Below, piece after piece: positions 1 through 12,282 of a stretch of DNA of 64,000 bases. Numbering within the stretch: the stretch's first letter is position 1; every line of letters begins with the position of its first letter. The stretch is from the NCBI GenBank assembly GCA_021513715.1, contig CP084167.1:1760001-1824000 (forward strand), read 5' to 3'. Below the pieces are notes generated by a model. That model saw only the letters and a list, made by a program, of their open reading frames with translations. It made no database searches and was not told the origin of the DNA. Origin of the DNA: Candidatus Heimdallarchaeum endolithica. GTDB taxonomy: Archaea > Asgardarchaeota > Heimdallarchaeia > Heimdallarchaeales > Heimdallarchaeaceae. The translations under genes and the position numbers were made by a program.

Positions 1-1882
1 CAGAACGTATATATCTTCTGACCTCTCCTGCAGTTACTCTTTCACATCTACATACGTAAGCATCATCAGGAATAATTTGCTCATGATAATCATCTTCAAT
101 ATTGTTCTCAATAACGTTTTGTACTTTGAATGATGTTGCTTTCCACGCAATTTCTTTTGGAACTTGAAGCTCAACTAATTTTGTAGCTTGATACTTCCTT
201 AATTCTCTAACTTTGTTAACAATAAATTCCCCTAATTCATTCCCATCCTCATCAACAAGCATTAAGGTATCTCCTTGCTTTATTTCAGCAAATATTTCAC
301 AAGGAAGCGTTATGGTAGGTTTTTCATTATCATTTCTAAAGTCAACAAGCGTAATCGCCAACCCTGGGCAAATTGCAACACACTGTGCACAACCAATACA
401 TTCACTTGTAGCAACAAATTTAGGGATGCCCAAGATTCCTCCACCCTCAATTTTTATTAGATTCCTTGGACAAACTGAAGTACAAGGATTGCAAGGAATT
501 TCCTGTTTACAATGGATAATAGGATAGACTCCAGTTGTGGAGCTAGGTTTTTCTTTTTCAAATATTTTTCCAGGATGACTCTTTAGTATAGCTTCTTTTT
601 CTCTCCATTCTTCTGGAATATCCTCAGTTGTAAAACCAAATGATTTAGCTATCTCAGCTCCAGCAATTTTTCCTCCAAACATTGCAGCAGAAGCTTCAGC
701 TATTTCTTTAGCATCCCCAGCAGACCAGACATCAAAACCATATTCTTTGGCTTTTAGATAGAATTCATCAACAGGATTTAATCCAACAGCTATAAGAATT
801 GTATCAACTTCAAAGGTTTTTTCTGTTCCCTTTATTGGCTTAAAATTCTTATCTATCTCTGCAATAGTTATAGATTCAACCCTCTCTTCTCCGTGAGCTG
901 CTAAGATAGTATGACTTGTAAAAATAGGTACACCAAGCCTTTTGAGTTTATCTTCATGAACTTTATATCCACCACAATAAGGTAATGCTTCTACTAAACC
1001 CACGACCTTGATACCAGCTTGGATTGCATGATAACCAGCAATTAATCCAACATTTCCCCCTCCCACAATAAATATTCTATTACTTGTCCTTACTAGATCT
1101 CTATTAACTAAAGTCTGAAAAGCACCTGCACCATAAACTCCAGGAAGGGTATTTCCTGGGAAAACCAGCATTTTTTCTCTTGCACCAGTAGCTACTAGCA
1201 ATTTTTTTGGTTTTACAAGAATATACTGATCTTTTTTCAATATACCCACGACTTTATCAGAAAAAACTGCAATTGCGGTACTTTCAAGCCAAACATCAAT
1301 ATTTTGAGACGAGTTAATTCGATCAGCTAATATATTTCCAATCTGAATTCCTCGTGTACCAGCAAATGAATCCTTAATTGAACCAAAAAATTTATGCGTT
1401 TGAAGGACGAGTTTTCCACCTAATTTAGATTTATCGTCCACTATTAGAATTTTGATATTATATTTTGATAATTCTATTGCTGCAGATAATCCTGCAGGAC
1501 CTCCTCCAATAATCAAAACATCTGTTTCTATTTTTTTTACTGGTTTTAAATCAACTGGTTTATCATCTTCGGGTAATGTGGGTAAACCTTCTAAACTTTC
1601 TATTTTCATTCCTTCTTTGAGTGGAGTCATACATGACTTTACTGCTAATCCATCAACAATTACTGTACACTGTGAGCATTGTCCATTCGCACAAAAAATA
1701 CCTTGAGGACTTTTGTCTTTCTTATGATGACCAAAAATATCTATCCCATTAGCTATTAAAGCAGATGATATCATCTCATTTTCATAACCAAACATTTTTT
1801 TTGAATTAAATGTAAAAGAAACTTTCTTTCGCTCTATATCTGTAGATAAAACGGGGTGTTGAGTTATTCTTCTATTAGTCAT
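1..1882 (-). CDS. Multi-domain FAD/NAD oxidoreductase (sarcosine oxidase alpha / dye-linked proline dehydrogenase-like: 2Fe-2S + FAD + 4Fe-4S + BFD-like); runs off window start
   Basis: Not in ORF track. Manual translation from ATG at 1882: MTNRRITQHPVL...GIFCANGQCSQC (2Fe-2S), DVLIIGGGPAGLSAA (Rossmann), HCKQEIPCNPC and CIGCAQCVAICP (ferredoxin), VCRCERVT (BFD-like). Confidence 0.85.
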   Translation of the reverse strand, partial: MTNRRITQHPVLSTDIERKKVSFTFNSKKMFGYENEMISSALIANGIDIFGHHKKDKSPQGIFCANGQCSQCTVIVDGLAVKSCMTPLKEGMKIESLEGLPTLPEDDKPVDLKPVKKIETDVLIIGGGPAGLSAAIELSKYNIKILIVDDKSKLGGKLVLQTHKFFGSIKDSFAGTRGIQIGNILADRINSSQNIDVWLESTAIAVFSDKVVGILKKDQYILVKPKKLLVATGAREKMLVFPGNTLPGVYGAGAFQTLVNRDLVRTSNRIFIVGGGNVGLIAGYHAIQAGIKVVGLVEALPYCGGYKVHEDKLKRLGVPIFTSHTILAAHGEERVESITIAEIDKNFKPIKGTEKTFEVDTILIAVGLNPVDEFYLKAKEYGFDVWSAGDAKEIAEASAAMFGGKIAGAEIAKSFGFTTEDIPEEWREKEAILKSHPGKIFEKEKPSSTTGVYPIIHCKQEIPCNPCTSVCPRNLIKIEGGGILGIPKFVATSECIGCAQCVAICPGLAITLVDFRNDNEKPTITLPCEIFAEIKQGDTLMLVDEDGNELGEFIVNKVRELRKYQATKLVELQVPKEIAWKATSFKVQNVIENNIEDDYHEQIIPDDAYVCRCERVTAGEVRRYIRS

Positions 1883-2249
1883 TTTTCTTCCTCACAACAT
1901 ATCAGTGTTCACATTTGTACACAAGTTAATTGTCGAATTCGAATAATAAATATATAATAATGTTTCTCAACAAGCATTACCATTATATCTGCTAGTATCT
2001 CGTAAAATCTTTACATTTGATGTTAAACATGATTTTTCAACTTACTTTTAAACTATGAACAGAAAATAAAAGAACTTACTTTATAACGTGATTAATTCCA
2101 TATAGAATACCTATAAGATATAAAAGAATTAAAATTTGAAAGATATCACCTTTTCGTACTGGAATATTACAATGCAACAAACTAATATATCAATAATAAA
2201 TGTGAAACTCTTGAAAACTTTTAAATAAAAAGTCACTACACGTTAAGCA

Positions 2250-3107
2250 ATGAGCATTCAAGTAACAAGCGTATATACAAATACAAAAGAACACAACACC
2301 AAGTTCAGAACTGGACACGGTCAATCATTTTTAATAACAAATTTACAATCAGGAAAGAAAATTCTATTTGATATTGGAACAAAAGGAGAAGATGTCCTTT
2401 TTAATATGAATCTTTTAGGTATTCACCCAGATGAAATAGATTTAATAGTCTTTTCTCATGGGCATTATGATCATACAAGAGGATTAGAAAGTTTTCTTAA
2501 AGTTAGAAAAAAAGAAATAACAATAATAGGTCATCCAAATATAATTGAACCTAAAAAAGTGAAATTCAAAAAATGGTTTTTCAATGTTAAAATCGATATC
2601 GGATTTCCTAAACTTAAATCGTCTCTTAAAAAGAAAATAAAATTCTTGTTTCAAACCGAATTCTATGCAATAACAGATAATATCTTCCTTTCTGGTGAGA
2701 TTATAACAAGAAATGAAAAAGATGGGACAGAAGATAGATTGATACACTACAATGGCAAGAAATGGGAAAAAGACCCTCTAGTAGACGATCAATCACTTAT
2801 TATCGAAACAGATAAAGGATTAGTAATCATCTGCGGTTGTTGCCACGCAGGATTACTAAACACACTAAAACACATTAGTCAAACATTTGAAAATAAAAAT
2901 ATCTTTGCTGTTATTGGTGGAACTCACATGTTAAAGTTCAATGAAAATGAGTTAGAACACATCAGTAAAGTTCTTGTTGAAAAATACAAAAAACCTATAC
3001 TTTATTTGAACCACTGCACAGGTAATTTTGCTTTTGACTACCTTCAACAAAAACTTGGAAAAGAAACTGTAAAACCTTTTCATACAGGTTATAATCTCTC
3101 TTTTTAG
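2250..3107 (+). CDS. MBL-fold metallo-hydrolase
   Basis: HGQS, ILFDIG, SHGHYDH, GCCHAG, GGTH and HCTG motifs. Confidence 0.85.
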   Translation: MSIQVTSVYTNTKEHNTKFRTGHGQSFLITNLQSGKKILFDIGTKGEDVLFNMNLLGIHPDEIDLIVFSHGHYDHTRGLESFLKVRKKEITIIGHPNIIEPKKVKFKKWFFNVKIDIGFPKLKSSLKKKIKFLFQTEFYAITDNIFLSGEIITRNEKDGTEDRLIHYNGKKWEKDPLVDDQSLIIETDKGLVIICGCCHAGLLNTLKHISQTFENKNIFAVIGGTHMLKFNENELEHISKVLVEKYKKPILYLNHCTGNFAFDYLQQKLGKETVKPFHTGYNLSF

Positions 3108-3150
3108 TTAATTTCATCGGTTTTTTTTGAAACATAAAAGAGTCAATAAC

Positions 3151-3212
3151 CGAAAGATTTATATATCAGTTTATGCCCAGTATTATACAGAAAGTATAAT
3201 ACCGAGAGGTGA
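3151..3212 (+). promoter_or_regulatory. hsp20 promoter with palindromic operator (putative Phr/HSR1 site) and SD
   Basis: BRE/TATA CGAAAGATTTATATA (3151-3165); perfect inverted repeat GTATTATAC-agaaa-GTATAATAC (3180-3202); GAGGTGA at 3206-3212. Confidence 0.7.
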
Positions 3213-3218
3213 TATAAA

Positions 3219-3878
3219 ATGGTATGGAAAAACAAAAAGGACGAAAGAAATCCAAACTTCAGAGAGTTTCGCTCTGTTAGATATTATACTAATATAAATG
3301 GTAAAGAAAATACTTATGGTTATGATTACACCCTCGATGAAAATGGTAAAAAAGTCTATAAAGAATATGGAGATCCATCAATATTTAATTTAGATGGGGA
3401 CATTGAGGAACGAATTAAAGAATTTGAAAATATGTTTAGTAATGAATGGAGAGTTGACAGATTTGGATTATTAGACAGCATCTTTCCAAAATTAAGTAAT
3501 ATTCTTGAGGAACACATGTTAGGTTTAGGGTTGCCTATGGCTTCTGAACCAAGAGTAATTAATCCAACGGAAAACGACTCGCCTAGTGAAAAGCAAGAAT
3601 TAAGTTATGATTTCCAAAAAGATGGAGACAAGTTATATCTTATTATTGAACTTCCAGGATTTGGAAAAGAAGATCTTAAAATCAAATTAAGAGACAATAA
3701 GCTTTATCTAGTTGCTAAGAACAATAAGAAGGAAATAAGCACAGTAATTGATCTTAAATATAAAGTAAATAAGAAATCTAAAATTGATGCTACTATGCAA
3801 AATGGTATCCTTGAACTACAATTTAAACTAGCTAAAGATGAAAAAAATGATGATGGATTGGACATCACCATCAACTAA
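3219..3878 (+). CDS. hsp20: Small heat-shock protein Hsp20
   Basis: C-terminal alpha-crystallin domain (IELPGFGKEDL...ATMQNGILEL) and terminal I-x-I motif. Confidence 0.85.
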   Translation: MVWKNKKDERNPNFREFRSVRYYTNINGKENTYGYDYTLDENGKKVYKEYGDPSIFNLDGDIEERIKEFENMFSNEWRVDRFGLLDSIFPKLSNILEEHMLGLGLPMASEPRVINPTENDSPSEKQELSYDFQKDGDKLYLIIELPGFGKEDLKIKLRDNKLYLVAKNNKKEISTVIDLKYKVNKKSKIDATMQNGILELQFKLAKDEKNDDGLDITIN

Positions 3879-3895
3879 ATTTTTTCTTTTTTTAG

Positions 3896-6133
<2,238 letters not shown>

Positions 6134-6162
6134 CCCATTTTTTTTTAGGAGATGAGAGAACG

Positions 6163-6885
6163 ATGAATGATGAAGAAGAGATTATGGATATCGAAGAGCT
6201 ATTTGAGGTATTTAGCAATTCTACAAGACGAAAGATTCTTGAGTTACTATCATCTGAAGCTTTATATCCATTTCAGATTTCGAAGATTCTGGAAATATCT
6301 CCAAGAATAATAGGAAAATATATTTCTGAACTTGAAAAATTAGGGTTAGTAAGAACAATTGAAAAAAAGAGTGATAAAGGACCAACAAGAAAATATGCAC
6401 AAATAGACAAAACATTTTCTATTATGATAGACGTTGGTCCCAACAATTTTTCTTGGAAAGTGGTTCCTATTGAAACAGAAACTAGTGATGAAGAAGTACA
6501 AACAACAGGAATCAGAAAAATCAGTGAAAAAGATATAAAAAATATTGAAGAAGTAAAAAATTCTATTAAGAAAAAAGTTGCTGAAGTTGTAAAAATAGAC
6601 AATAAGAGAAAAGAGTTGGTTGCAGACATTAATGAATGTTTTAAGATTTTTAATGACCTTTTAGAAAACACAATAGAGGAATATATTGACAGGGTTTATG
6701 TGCGAACATTGCTTCGAGAAATGGTAAATATGAAACAAGAATGGATTTCTTCTAATCATTTATCTAATACCTTACGAGAGTGGAGAGGAGATATCAGGAA
6801 CAGGCTACTTAGATTAGCGGAAGAAACAGGGATTGTTAAGTACAAATTTGATACTAGAAAAAATGATTATTTATTTTCTATCTAA
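6163..6885 (+). CDS. ArsR-type wHTH regulator, Phr/HSR1-like heat-shock repressor
   Basis: FSNSTRRKILELL...LEKLGLV...GPTRKY wHTH followed by a helical C-terminus; in an operon with hsp20 and cdc48. Confidence 0.75.
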   Translation: MNDEEEIMDIEELFEVFSNSTRRKILELLSSEALYPFQISKILEISPRIIGKYISELEKLGLVRTIEKKSDKGPTRKYAQIDKTFSIMIDVGPNNFSWKVVPIETETSDEEVQTTGIRKISEKDIKNIEEVKNSIKKKVAEVVKIDNKRKELVADINECFKIFNDLLENTIEEYIDRVYVRTLLREMVNMKQEWISSNHLSNTLREWRGDIRNRLLRLAEETGIVKYKFDTRKNDYLFSI

Positions 6886-6925
6886 TCATTTTTATTTAGA
6901 TTGATAAATTTAATTATAACCTAAA

Positions 6926-8278
6926 ATGACAAAAAGTTTCATTCAATTACATATTGGTATAGACGACACTGACTCCCTATCGGGTAATTGCACCACTTAT
7001 GTAGCAGCAAAAATAATAGAACATATTGCTAATTTTGTCAATTTTAGCGATTATCCAAGACTTATAAGAAATAACCCCAATATCCCATGGAAAACTAGAG
7101 GAAATGGTTCAATTGCTCTTTCATTAGAAACAAAAAAGAGATATGTTGAAGAGATAATTTCTTTCATTTTTAACTTTATAAAAAATAATCATGAGCAAGA
7201 TATTAACACGAACCCTGGTTGTGTAATTATTGAAGGAGAGATCCCTCAATGCGTAAAAGATTTTGCAAAAAGAGCTTTAATTTCTAATATAAAAATTGAT
7301 GAGGCAAAGAGACTAATCGAAGAACTAAAATTAAAATCATTTCATATTGGTAATGGGAGAGGTTTAATAGGAGCTTTAGCTGCCTTAGGTAATGAATTAA
7401 AACCCTCAGAGGATGATTTTACATACGAATTACTTACTTACAGATTAAAAGAAAATATAGGGAAAAAACGACTAGTATCTGAAGAGAGCATTCATTTAAT
7501 GGACAAAAAACTAAGCCCTTTTGTTTTCAATAATATTGATGAAGAAAAAAATAAGTCGATTATAACGCCTGCTGGAAAAGACCCTGTATTGTACGGTATT
7601 AGAGGAGAAGATGCTAATACTTTATTAGAAGCTATGAAAATGGTTAAAACATTCGAAGAAATCGAAAGATACTGTATTTTTAGAACAAATCAAGGAACAG
7701 ATCAACATTTTAAATTCGCTAAATCAAAAATTAAGAAGTATTCTGTATTCAAAGGAGAAATAGAAGTACAAACAAAACCTAAAACCATCTTAGGTGGGCA
7801 CGTTTTTTTTAAAGGTAAAGTTCTAGACAGCAACAAAATTGTTGATGTTGCTGCATTTGAACCAACAAAGAGATTTAAATTAGTAGTCAAGCAATTATTA
7901 CCAAATGACAGAATAGTTGCATTCGGTGGAATTCAAGTTTTTCAAGGGGATACTTTTACAGTTCAACTAGAAAAAATGATAGTCACGCATGTTTCTAATC
8001 AATATAAAGAGATCTCACCCCTCTGTCCTCAGTGTGGAAAAAGAATGACATCTGCAGGATTTTCTAAAGGCCACAAATGTAAAAAATGTGGTTACAAAGA
8101 TAGAAATAGCAAAAAAATAAGAGAACCTATCCCCAGACAATTGAGTAAAGGGTTGTACATTCCTCCTGCTGGATCTCAAAGACATTTAATAAAACCTAAT
8201 AGAAGATATGAAATAGACAAAAAAATAGACAAAAAAATTATTCTTATCAATAATTGGTGGAAAAAAATGAAGAATTAG
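6926..8278 (+). CDS. tiaS: tRNA(Ile2) 2-agmatinylcytidine synthetase
   Basis: IGIDDTDS...CTT, NPNIPWKTRGNG, TNQGTD, CPQCG...CKKCG zinc ribbon, RHL. Confidence 0.93.
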   Translation: MTKSFIQLHIGIDDTDSLSGNCTTYVAAKIIEHIANFVNFSDYPRLIRNNPNIPWKTRGNGSIALSLETKKRYVEEIISFIFNFIKNNHEQDINTNPGCVIIEGEIPQCVKDFAKRALISNIKIDEAKRLIEELKLKSFHIGNGRGLIGALAALGNELKPSEDDFTYELLTYRLKENIGKKRLVSEESIHLMDKKLSPFVFNNIDEEKNKSIITPAGKDPVLYGIRGEDANTLLEAMKMVKTFEEIERYCIFRTNQGTDQHFKFAKSKIKKYSVFKGEIEVQTKPKTILGGHVFFKGKVLDSNKIVDVAAFEPTKRFKLVVKQLLPNDRIVAFGGIQVFQGDTFTVQLEKMIVTHVSNQYKEISPLCPQCGKRMTSAGFSKGHKCKKCGYKDRNSKKIREPIPRQLSKGLYIPPAGSQRHLIKPNRRYEIDKKIDKKIILINNWWKKMKN

Positions 8279-8385
8279 GAGGTTAACCCCTCCAATGAAG
8301 GCGCATATGAGCGCTGAGTGACGGTTAAAAACCTCAGCAAGAGAATAAAGTTTTTTTTCTATTTAAAATTATCGGAGAGCTGAAG

Positions 8386-10203
8386 TTACCAAGCCCACCA
8401 TTTATCAACGTTTTTCCTTTTTATCTCAATTAGCTCATCTAAACATTTAGATTGGTCTTGAGTCAAAGAATCACTATATTTCTTTTTTAATAACCTTACA
8501 TGTCTCTCTGGGATATCAATATAAAGAAAATCTCCTTCATTTATTTGTCTGCCCACAGTTGGTCCTCGGATGCTCATGGCAACTTGCTGGCCTTTCTTTG
8601 CTTCTTGGATATTTTCTCCTCTATCTTGAAGACCATGTATTCTTCCAACTCGTCTATTATCTTCACGAATCAACATTAAACCAGTATTAATTTTACCAGC
8701 TAATACTTCTACACCTATTATAGCAGGATTCGATCTACGAAACACATAACCAGGCAATATTTGGATTTTACCTGGCATAATTATATCTTTCAGAGATTCA
8801 GCTTTTATGGACTCTTTTACATCTTCTTTCCAACGCTCATATTCATCTATTAAATTATAGATAACTCTATCAGAAAAGATTTTAATATCATTGATTGAGG
8901 CTTCTTCTTCAGCATCAGGCAGTAATTCTGTGTTAAAACACAACACAGCACCATATTCTGGAGCTTTTTCTGCAACTATTGCTGCATCGATAATATCTTT
9001 CTTTGTAACTTCTCCCACATCTGCTTTTTGAATAGGAATATTTCTGCTTTTTAGCATATCAACAATTGCTTCTAAACTACCAAGAGTATCGACTTTTACA
9101 ATTACCCCATTATCTTCAGTATCAAATACAAATTGTTGAAGCTCTGCATTAACTTCATCAATTACTTGTTGTTCTTGACCCTTAGGAGCTACTTTTACAG
9201 GAGCTCCTGACAAGACATCTTCTAAACCAGGGGCACTTATTTTTAAACCAGCAGAAGCATAAACCTTATCCACGCTTCTAAATTTGTCTCGAGGATCACG
9301 CATCTCATCAAGTTCTTTAGCTTGTAGAAGCGCTCGAATCTTGATTAATTTAGCTCCTCCTCTTCCGCCAATAACAACTTGGTCATTTTTTGTTATTACA
9401 CCATCATATAATATTATGTCAGCTGTTGTTCCCATACCTTCAACATCTTTAACTTCCAACACAGTCCCAGAACCAGGACCTGTGCTGTATTCCAGTTTTT
9501 TCATCATGAATTGTTGCGTTAAACCTGCTAAAACCAAAAATAGGTCTGGTATTCCTTCACCTGTAACAGCACTTGTGGGAATAATTGCTATTTTCTTTCT
9601 AAAATCTTTAACACGGTCATAACGATCAGCTTCAAATTTTAATTCGCTTAATTCGCCCATTATTTCATATATTCTGTTATCTAGATCTTTTTTAGCTTTT
9701 GGTATCTGTTTGTTATAAGACTCAATAAACGTAGCTCCTTCAACACCTTTCCAAGCAGAGATTCTGTCAACTTTATTTGCTGCTACAATAAAAGGTACTT
9801 TTCTTGCTTTTAGAATATCCATTGATTCATATGTTTGAGCTTGAAAACCCCTCATTAAATCTACAACTAATATTGCAATATCTGCAACAGAGGCACCTCT
9901 TTTTCTTAAATTTGTAAAAACAGCGTGCCCAGGAGTATCAACAATGAGTATTCCAGGGATATTTAATTCTATTTCTGAATTTTTTATTAATTTACTACTT
10001 ACTTTTACAATTGTTTCTGTAGGAAAAAAACTTGCTCCAACATGTTGTGTAATACCAGCTGCTTCTCTTGCTTGTACAGCAGTACCTCTTACCTTATCCA
10101 AGAGACTAGTTTTTCCAGAATCAACATGTCCAAGAATAACAGCAATTGGACTTCGAATTCTCTTTCCACTTTCCTCATTTATAACTTTAGACAATAGCAA
10201 CAC
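8386..10203 (-). CDS. infB: Translation initiation factor aIF5B (IF-2)
   Basis: RSPIAVILGHVDSGKT, GITQHVGA, DTPGH, NKVD; no intein. Confidence 0.96.
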   Translation of the reverse strand: MLLLSKVINEESGKRIRSPIAVILGHVDSGKTSLLDKVRGTAVQAREAAGITQHVGASFFPTETIVKVSSKLIKNSEIELNIPGILIVDTPGHAVFTNLRKRGASVADIAILVVDLMRGFQAQTYESMDILKARKVPFIVAANKVDRISAWKGVEGATFIESYNKQIPKAKKDLDNRIYEIMGELSELKFEADRYDRVKDFRKKIAIIPTSAVTGEGIPDLFLVLAGLTQQFMMKKLEYSTGPGSGTVLEVKDVEGMGTTADIILYDGVITKNDQVVIGGRGGAKLIKIRALLQAKELDEMRDPRDKFRSVDKVYASAGLKISAPGLEDVLSGAPVKVAPKGQEQQVIDEVNAELQQFVFDTEDNGVIVKVDTLGSLEAIVDMLKSRNIPIQKADVGEVTKKDIIDAAIVAEKAPEYGAVLCFNTELLPDAEEEASINDIKIFSDRVIYNLIDEYERWKEDVKESIKAESLKDIIMPGKIQILPGYVFRRSNPAIIGVEVLAGKINTGLMLIREDNRRVGRIHGLQDRGENIQEAKKGQQVAMSIRGPTVGRQINEGDFLYIDIPERHVRLLKKKYSDSLTQDQSKCLDELIEIKRKNVDKWWAW

Positions 10204-10338
10204 CTACTTCTCTCTTTATTTAACTCTCATTTCAGTTTATTTCTCTTTTTTTAAAAATAAATTGGTCTGTTATATATTACTGAAGTCAAGAACAATGAAG
10301 AAAAAAGAAAAAAAAATTAAGAACAAAAGATTATAAAT

Positions 10339-10509
10339 CTAAAGATCTCTTGCACTTACAGTTTTACGTCCGTTGGCTTTAGCTCTTTCAGCTGCTTTCT
10401 TGACAATTCCTTCAACAAGTTTGTCAAGAGCATCAAAAAGGTCTCCACCAACTTTGTAATCACCAAGTTCCTTGATGAGTTCTCTTACTTTACTTTTTAC
10501 GACAATCAT
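10339..10509 (-). CDS. Short histone-fold protein (DUF1931 / face-to-face type, truncated alpha3)
   Basis: Start reassigned to ATG 10509, downstream of a GGTGA SD. 56 aa MIVVKSKVRELIK...AAERAKANGRKTVSARDL, ending at RxDL. Confidence 0.85.
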   Translation of the reverse strand: MIVVKSKVRELIKELGDYKVGGDLFDALDKLVEGIVKKAAERAKANGRKTVSARDL

Positions 10510-10803
10510 TTTTTTGTCACCATATGCTTTGTGCCTTGCGTTTTTCACGCAAGTACGATAAATACTATTACAGCGCCCCTTAAAAAGGTTTTTGGTTTAG
10601 CCATCTTTTTTTTAAACCTTACGCTATCTAGTAAAAAAAGCAGACAATATCAGTTCTATACTTAAAAAACGTTTGTTTTAAGGCTTTTTAGTCTCTAATT
10701 TTAATGAGTTTCTATTTAAAACGAAATAAAGAAAATGAAAATGAAAAGTAAAAAAGATGCAGTTTTAGGGAGTTTAATGACATTTCATTATAATGCAATA
10801 AAT

Positions 10804-12099
10804 TTATACATGTTTAGTAAGTAATTCACCTAGTTTTCGTACTCCTTCATCTAGTAATTCCGGTTTAAGGAAAGAGAAACCTATTCTCATTCCCCCTTTA
10901 ATTATTTTTAGAGGTATTATGGTTCTTGTCTCTAAATCATATGAATGGCCAACAGGAGGATAAAATGCAGCCCCTGGAACTACTAGAACATCATTAGGGA
11001 GAAGAACATCTTGATTAAATTTTCCTATATCGAAAGAATAAGCTTTTTCACCTGGTGCTTGCCACCAAATAAAGAAACCACCTGTAGGGTTCGTATAATC
11101 TCCTTCTGGAAAAGTTTCTTGTAATGCTTTAAAAGCAACATCCTTTTGTGTTTTATACTTTTGCACAATTTCAGGTAAATAACTATCAATATATTTTGCG
11201 TAATATATTTCAGCAACTCTTTGAGTAAGAGTAGGTGTACAAAGATCTATATAACCCTTTGATTTTTCTGCTTCTAGATGTAGATGCTCTGGTAACAAGG
11301 AATAACCAATTCTTAAAGGTGCTGCTTCTTTTGATGTTGAAGACACATAAATAACCCATTCATTATCTTTATCTAAAGATTTTATTGGAGGGATACGTTC
11401 TGTAAATTGCATCTCCTTATAAGCTTCATCCTCTAAAATGAAAATGTTGTATTTTTCAGCAAGATCATAGAGCGCTTTTCTTCTTTCATAAGGTAACGTA
11501 GTCCCTTTTGGATTATCACTATCACTTACAACATATAGGAGTTTAACTTTTTTACCTAGTTCCTTTTCTGCTTTAACAATTGTATCTTCAACAAATTCGG
11601 GTATAAGACCTAATTCATCTGTGGGAGCAGTTACTACTGTTCCGCCTATTTTTACAACTGCTGTAACGAATCCTAAATACGCAGGACTTGGGGTTATCAC
11701 TATATCTCCTGGGTTTACTAATATATCAAGAACAAGATAGGTTGCTTGTTGTGATCCTGTCGTAATCAACATTTTCTCCCAATCTTGTTTTCCTGAAATA
11801 CAAGAAATTTTATCTTTTGTATGTAGCCTTTCTGCTAAAACTTCTCTTAATCCCTTTGCTCCAGCAGTCATGCCATATTGAAATTCATTAATAACCCTCT
11901 TTTCATCTTCTTCGTAATATTCTGATAGTTCTTCTAAAATTTTAGGAAATACTTTCGTAGGCAAATTACCTGGAAGACCACCAGCTAAATAATATTTTGT
12001 TTTATTTTTTAACAATCTTCTAATCTCAGATTCTGGTATCTTTTTTGTCCAATCAGCAAGCAATTCTCTTGTTGATTCAATATTTCTCATTGCGTCCAA
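10804..12099 (-). CDS. PLP-dependent class I/II aminotransferase
   Basis: ITTGSQQA, DNPKGTT, ILEDEAY, STSKEAAPLRIGY. Confidence 0.88.
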   Translation of the reverse strand: MDAMRNIESTRELLADWTKKIPESEIRRLLKNKTKYYLAGGLPGNLPTKVFPKILEELSEYYEEDEKRVINEFQYGMTAGAKGLREVLAERLHTKDKISCISGKQDWEKMLITTGSQQATYLVLDILVNPGDIVITPSPAYLGFVTAVVKIGGTVVTAPTDELGLIPEFVEDTIVKAEKELGKKVKLLYVVSDSDNPKGTTLPYERRKALYDLAEKYNIFILEDEAYKEMQFTERIPPIKSLDKDNEWVIYVSSTSKEAAPLRIGYSLLPEHLHLEAEKSKGYIDLCTPTLTQRVAEIYYAKYIDSYLPEIVQKYKTQKDVAFKALQETFPEGDYTNPTGGFFIWWQAPGEKAYSFDIGKFNQDVLLPNDVLVVPGAAFYPPVGHSYDLETRTIIPLKIIKGGMRIGFSFLKPELLDEGVRKLGELLTKHV

Positions 12100-12282
12100 T
12101 TTGCAGCCTCCAATCCTTATACTAATATTTATAAAAAAATCTTAATTAGTATCTAAAAAACTTTCGAAACAACTATGATTATTTTCTTAAAATCTTTCTA
12201 TTAATCTGCTAAAACAATATAAAACACTTTAATGTTTCATTGAAACAAGTAAGTTTTTATTGATGAGATTCAAGAGAACCTT

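Noticed and set aside
213-1706. Short + strand ORFs here, and similar antisense ORFs inside cdc48, infB, rfcL, rli and others
   Set aside because: They are shadows of well-supported genes on the opposite strand.
8294-8320. SECIS element or hammerhead ribozyme
   Set aside because: The stem is too short for a SECIS and neither neighbour shows an in-frame UGA; the hammerhead CUGANGA/GAAA core is absent.
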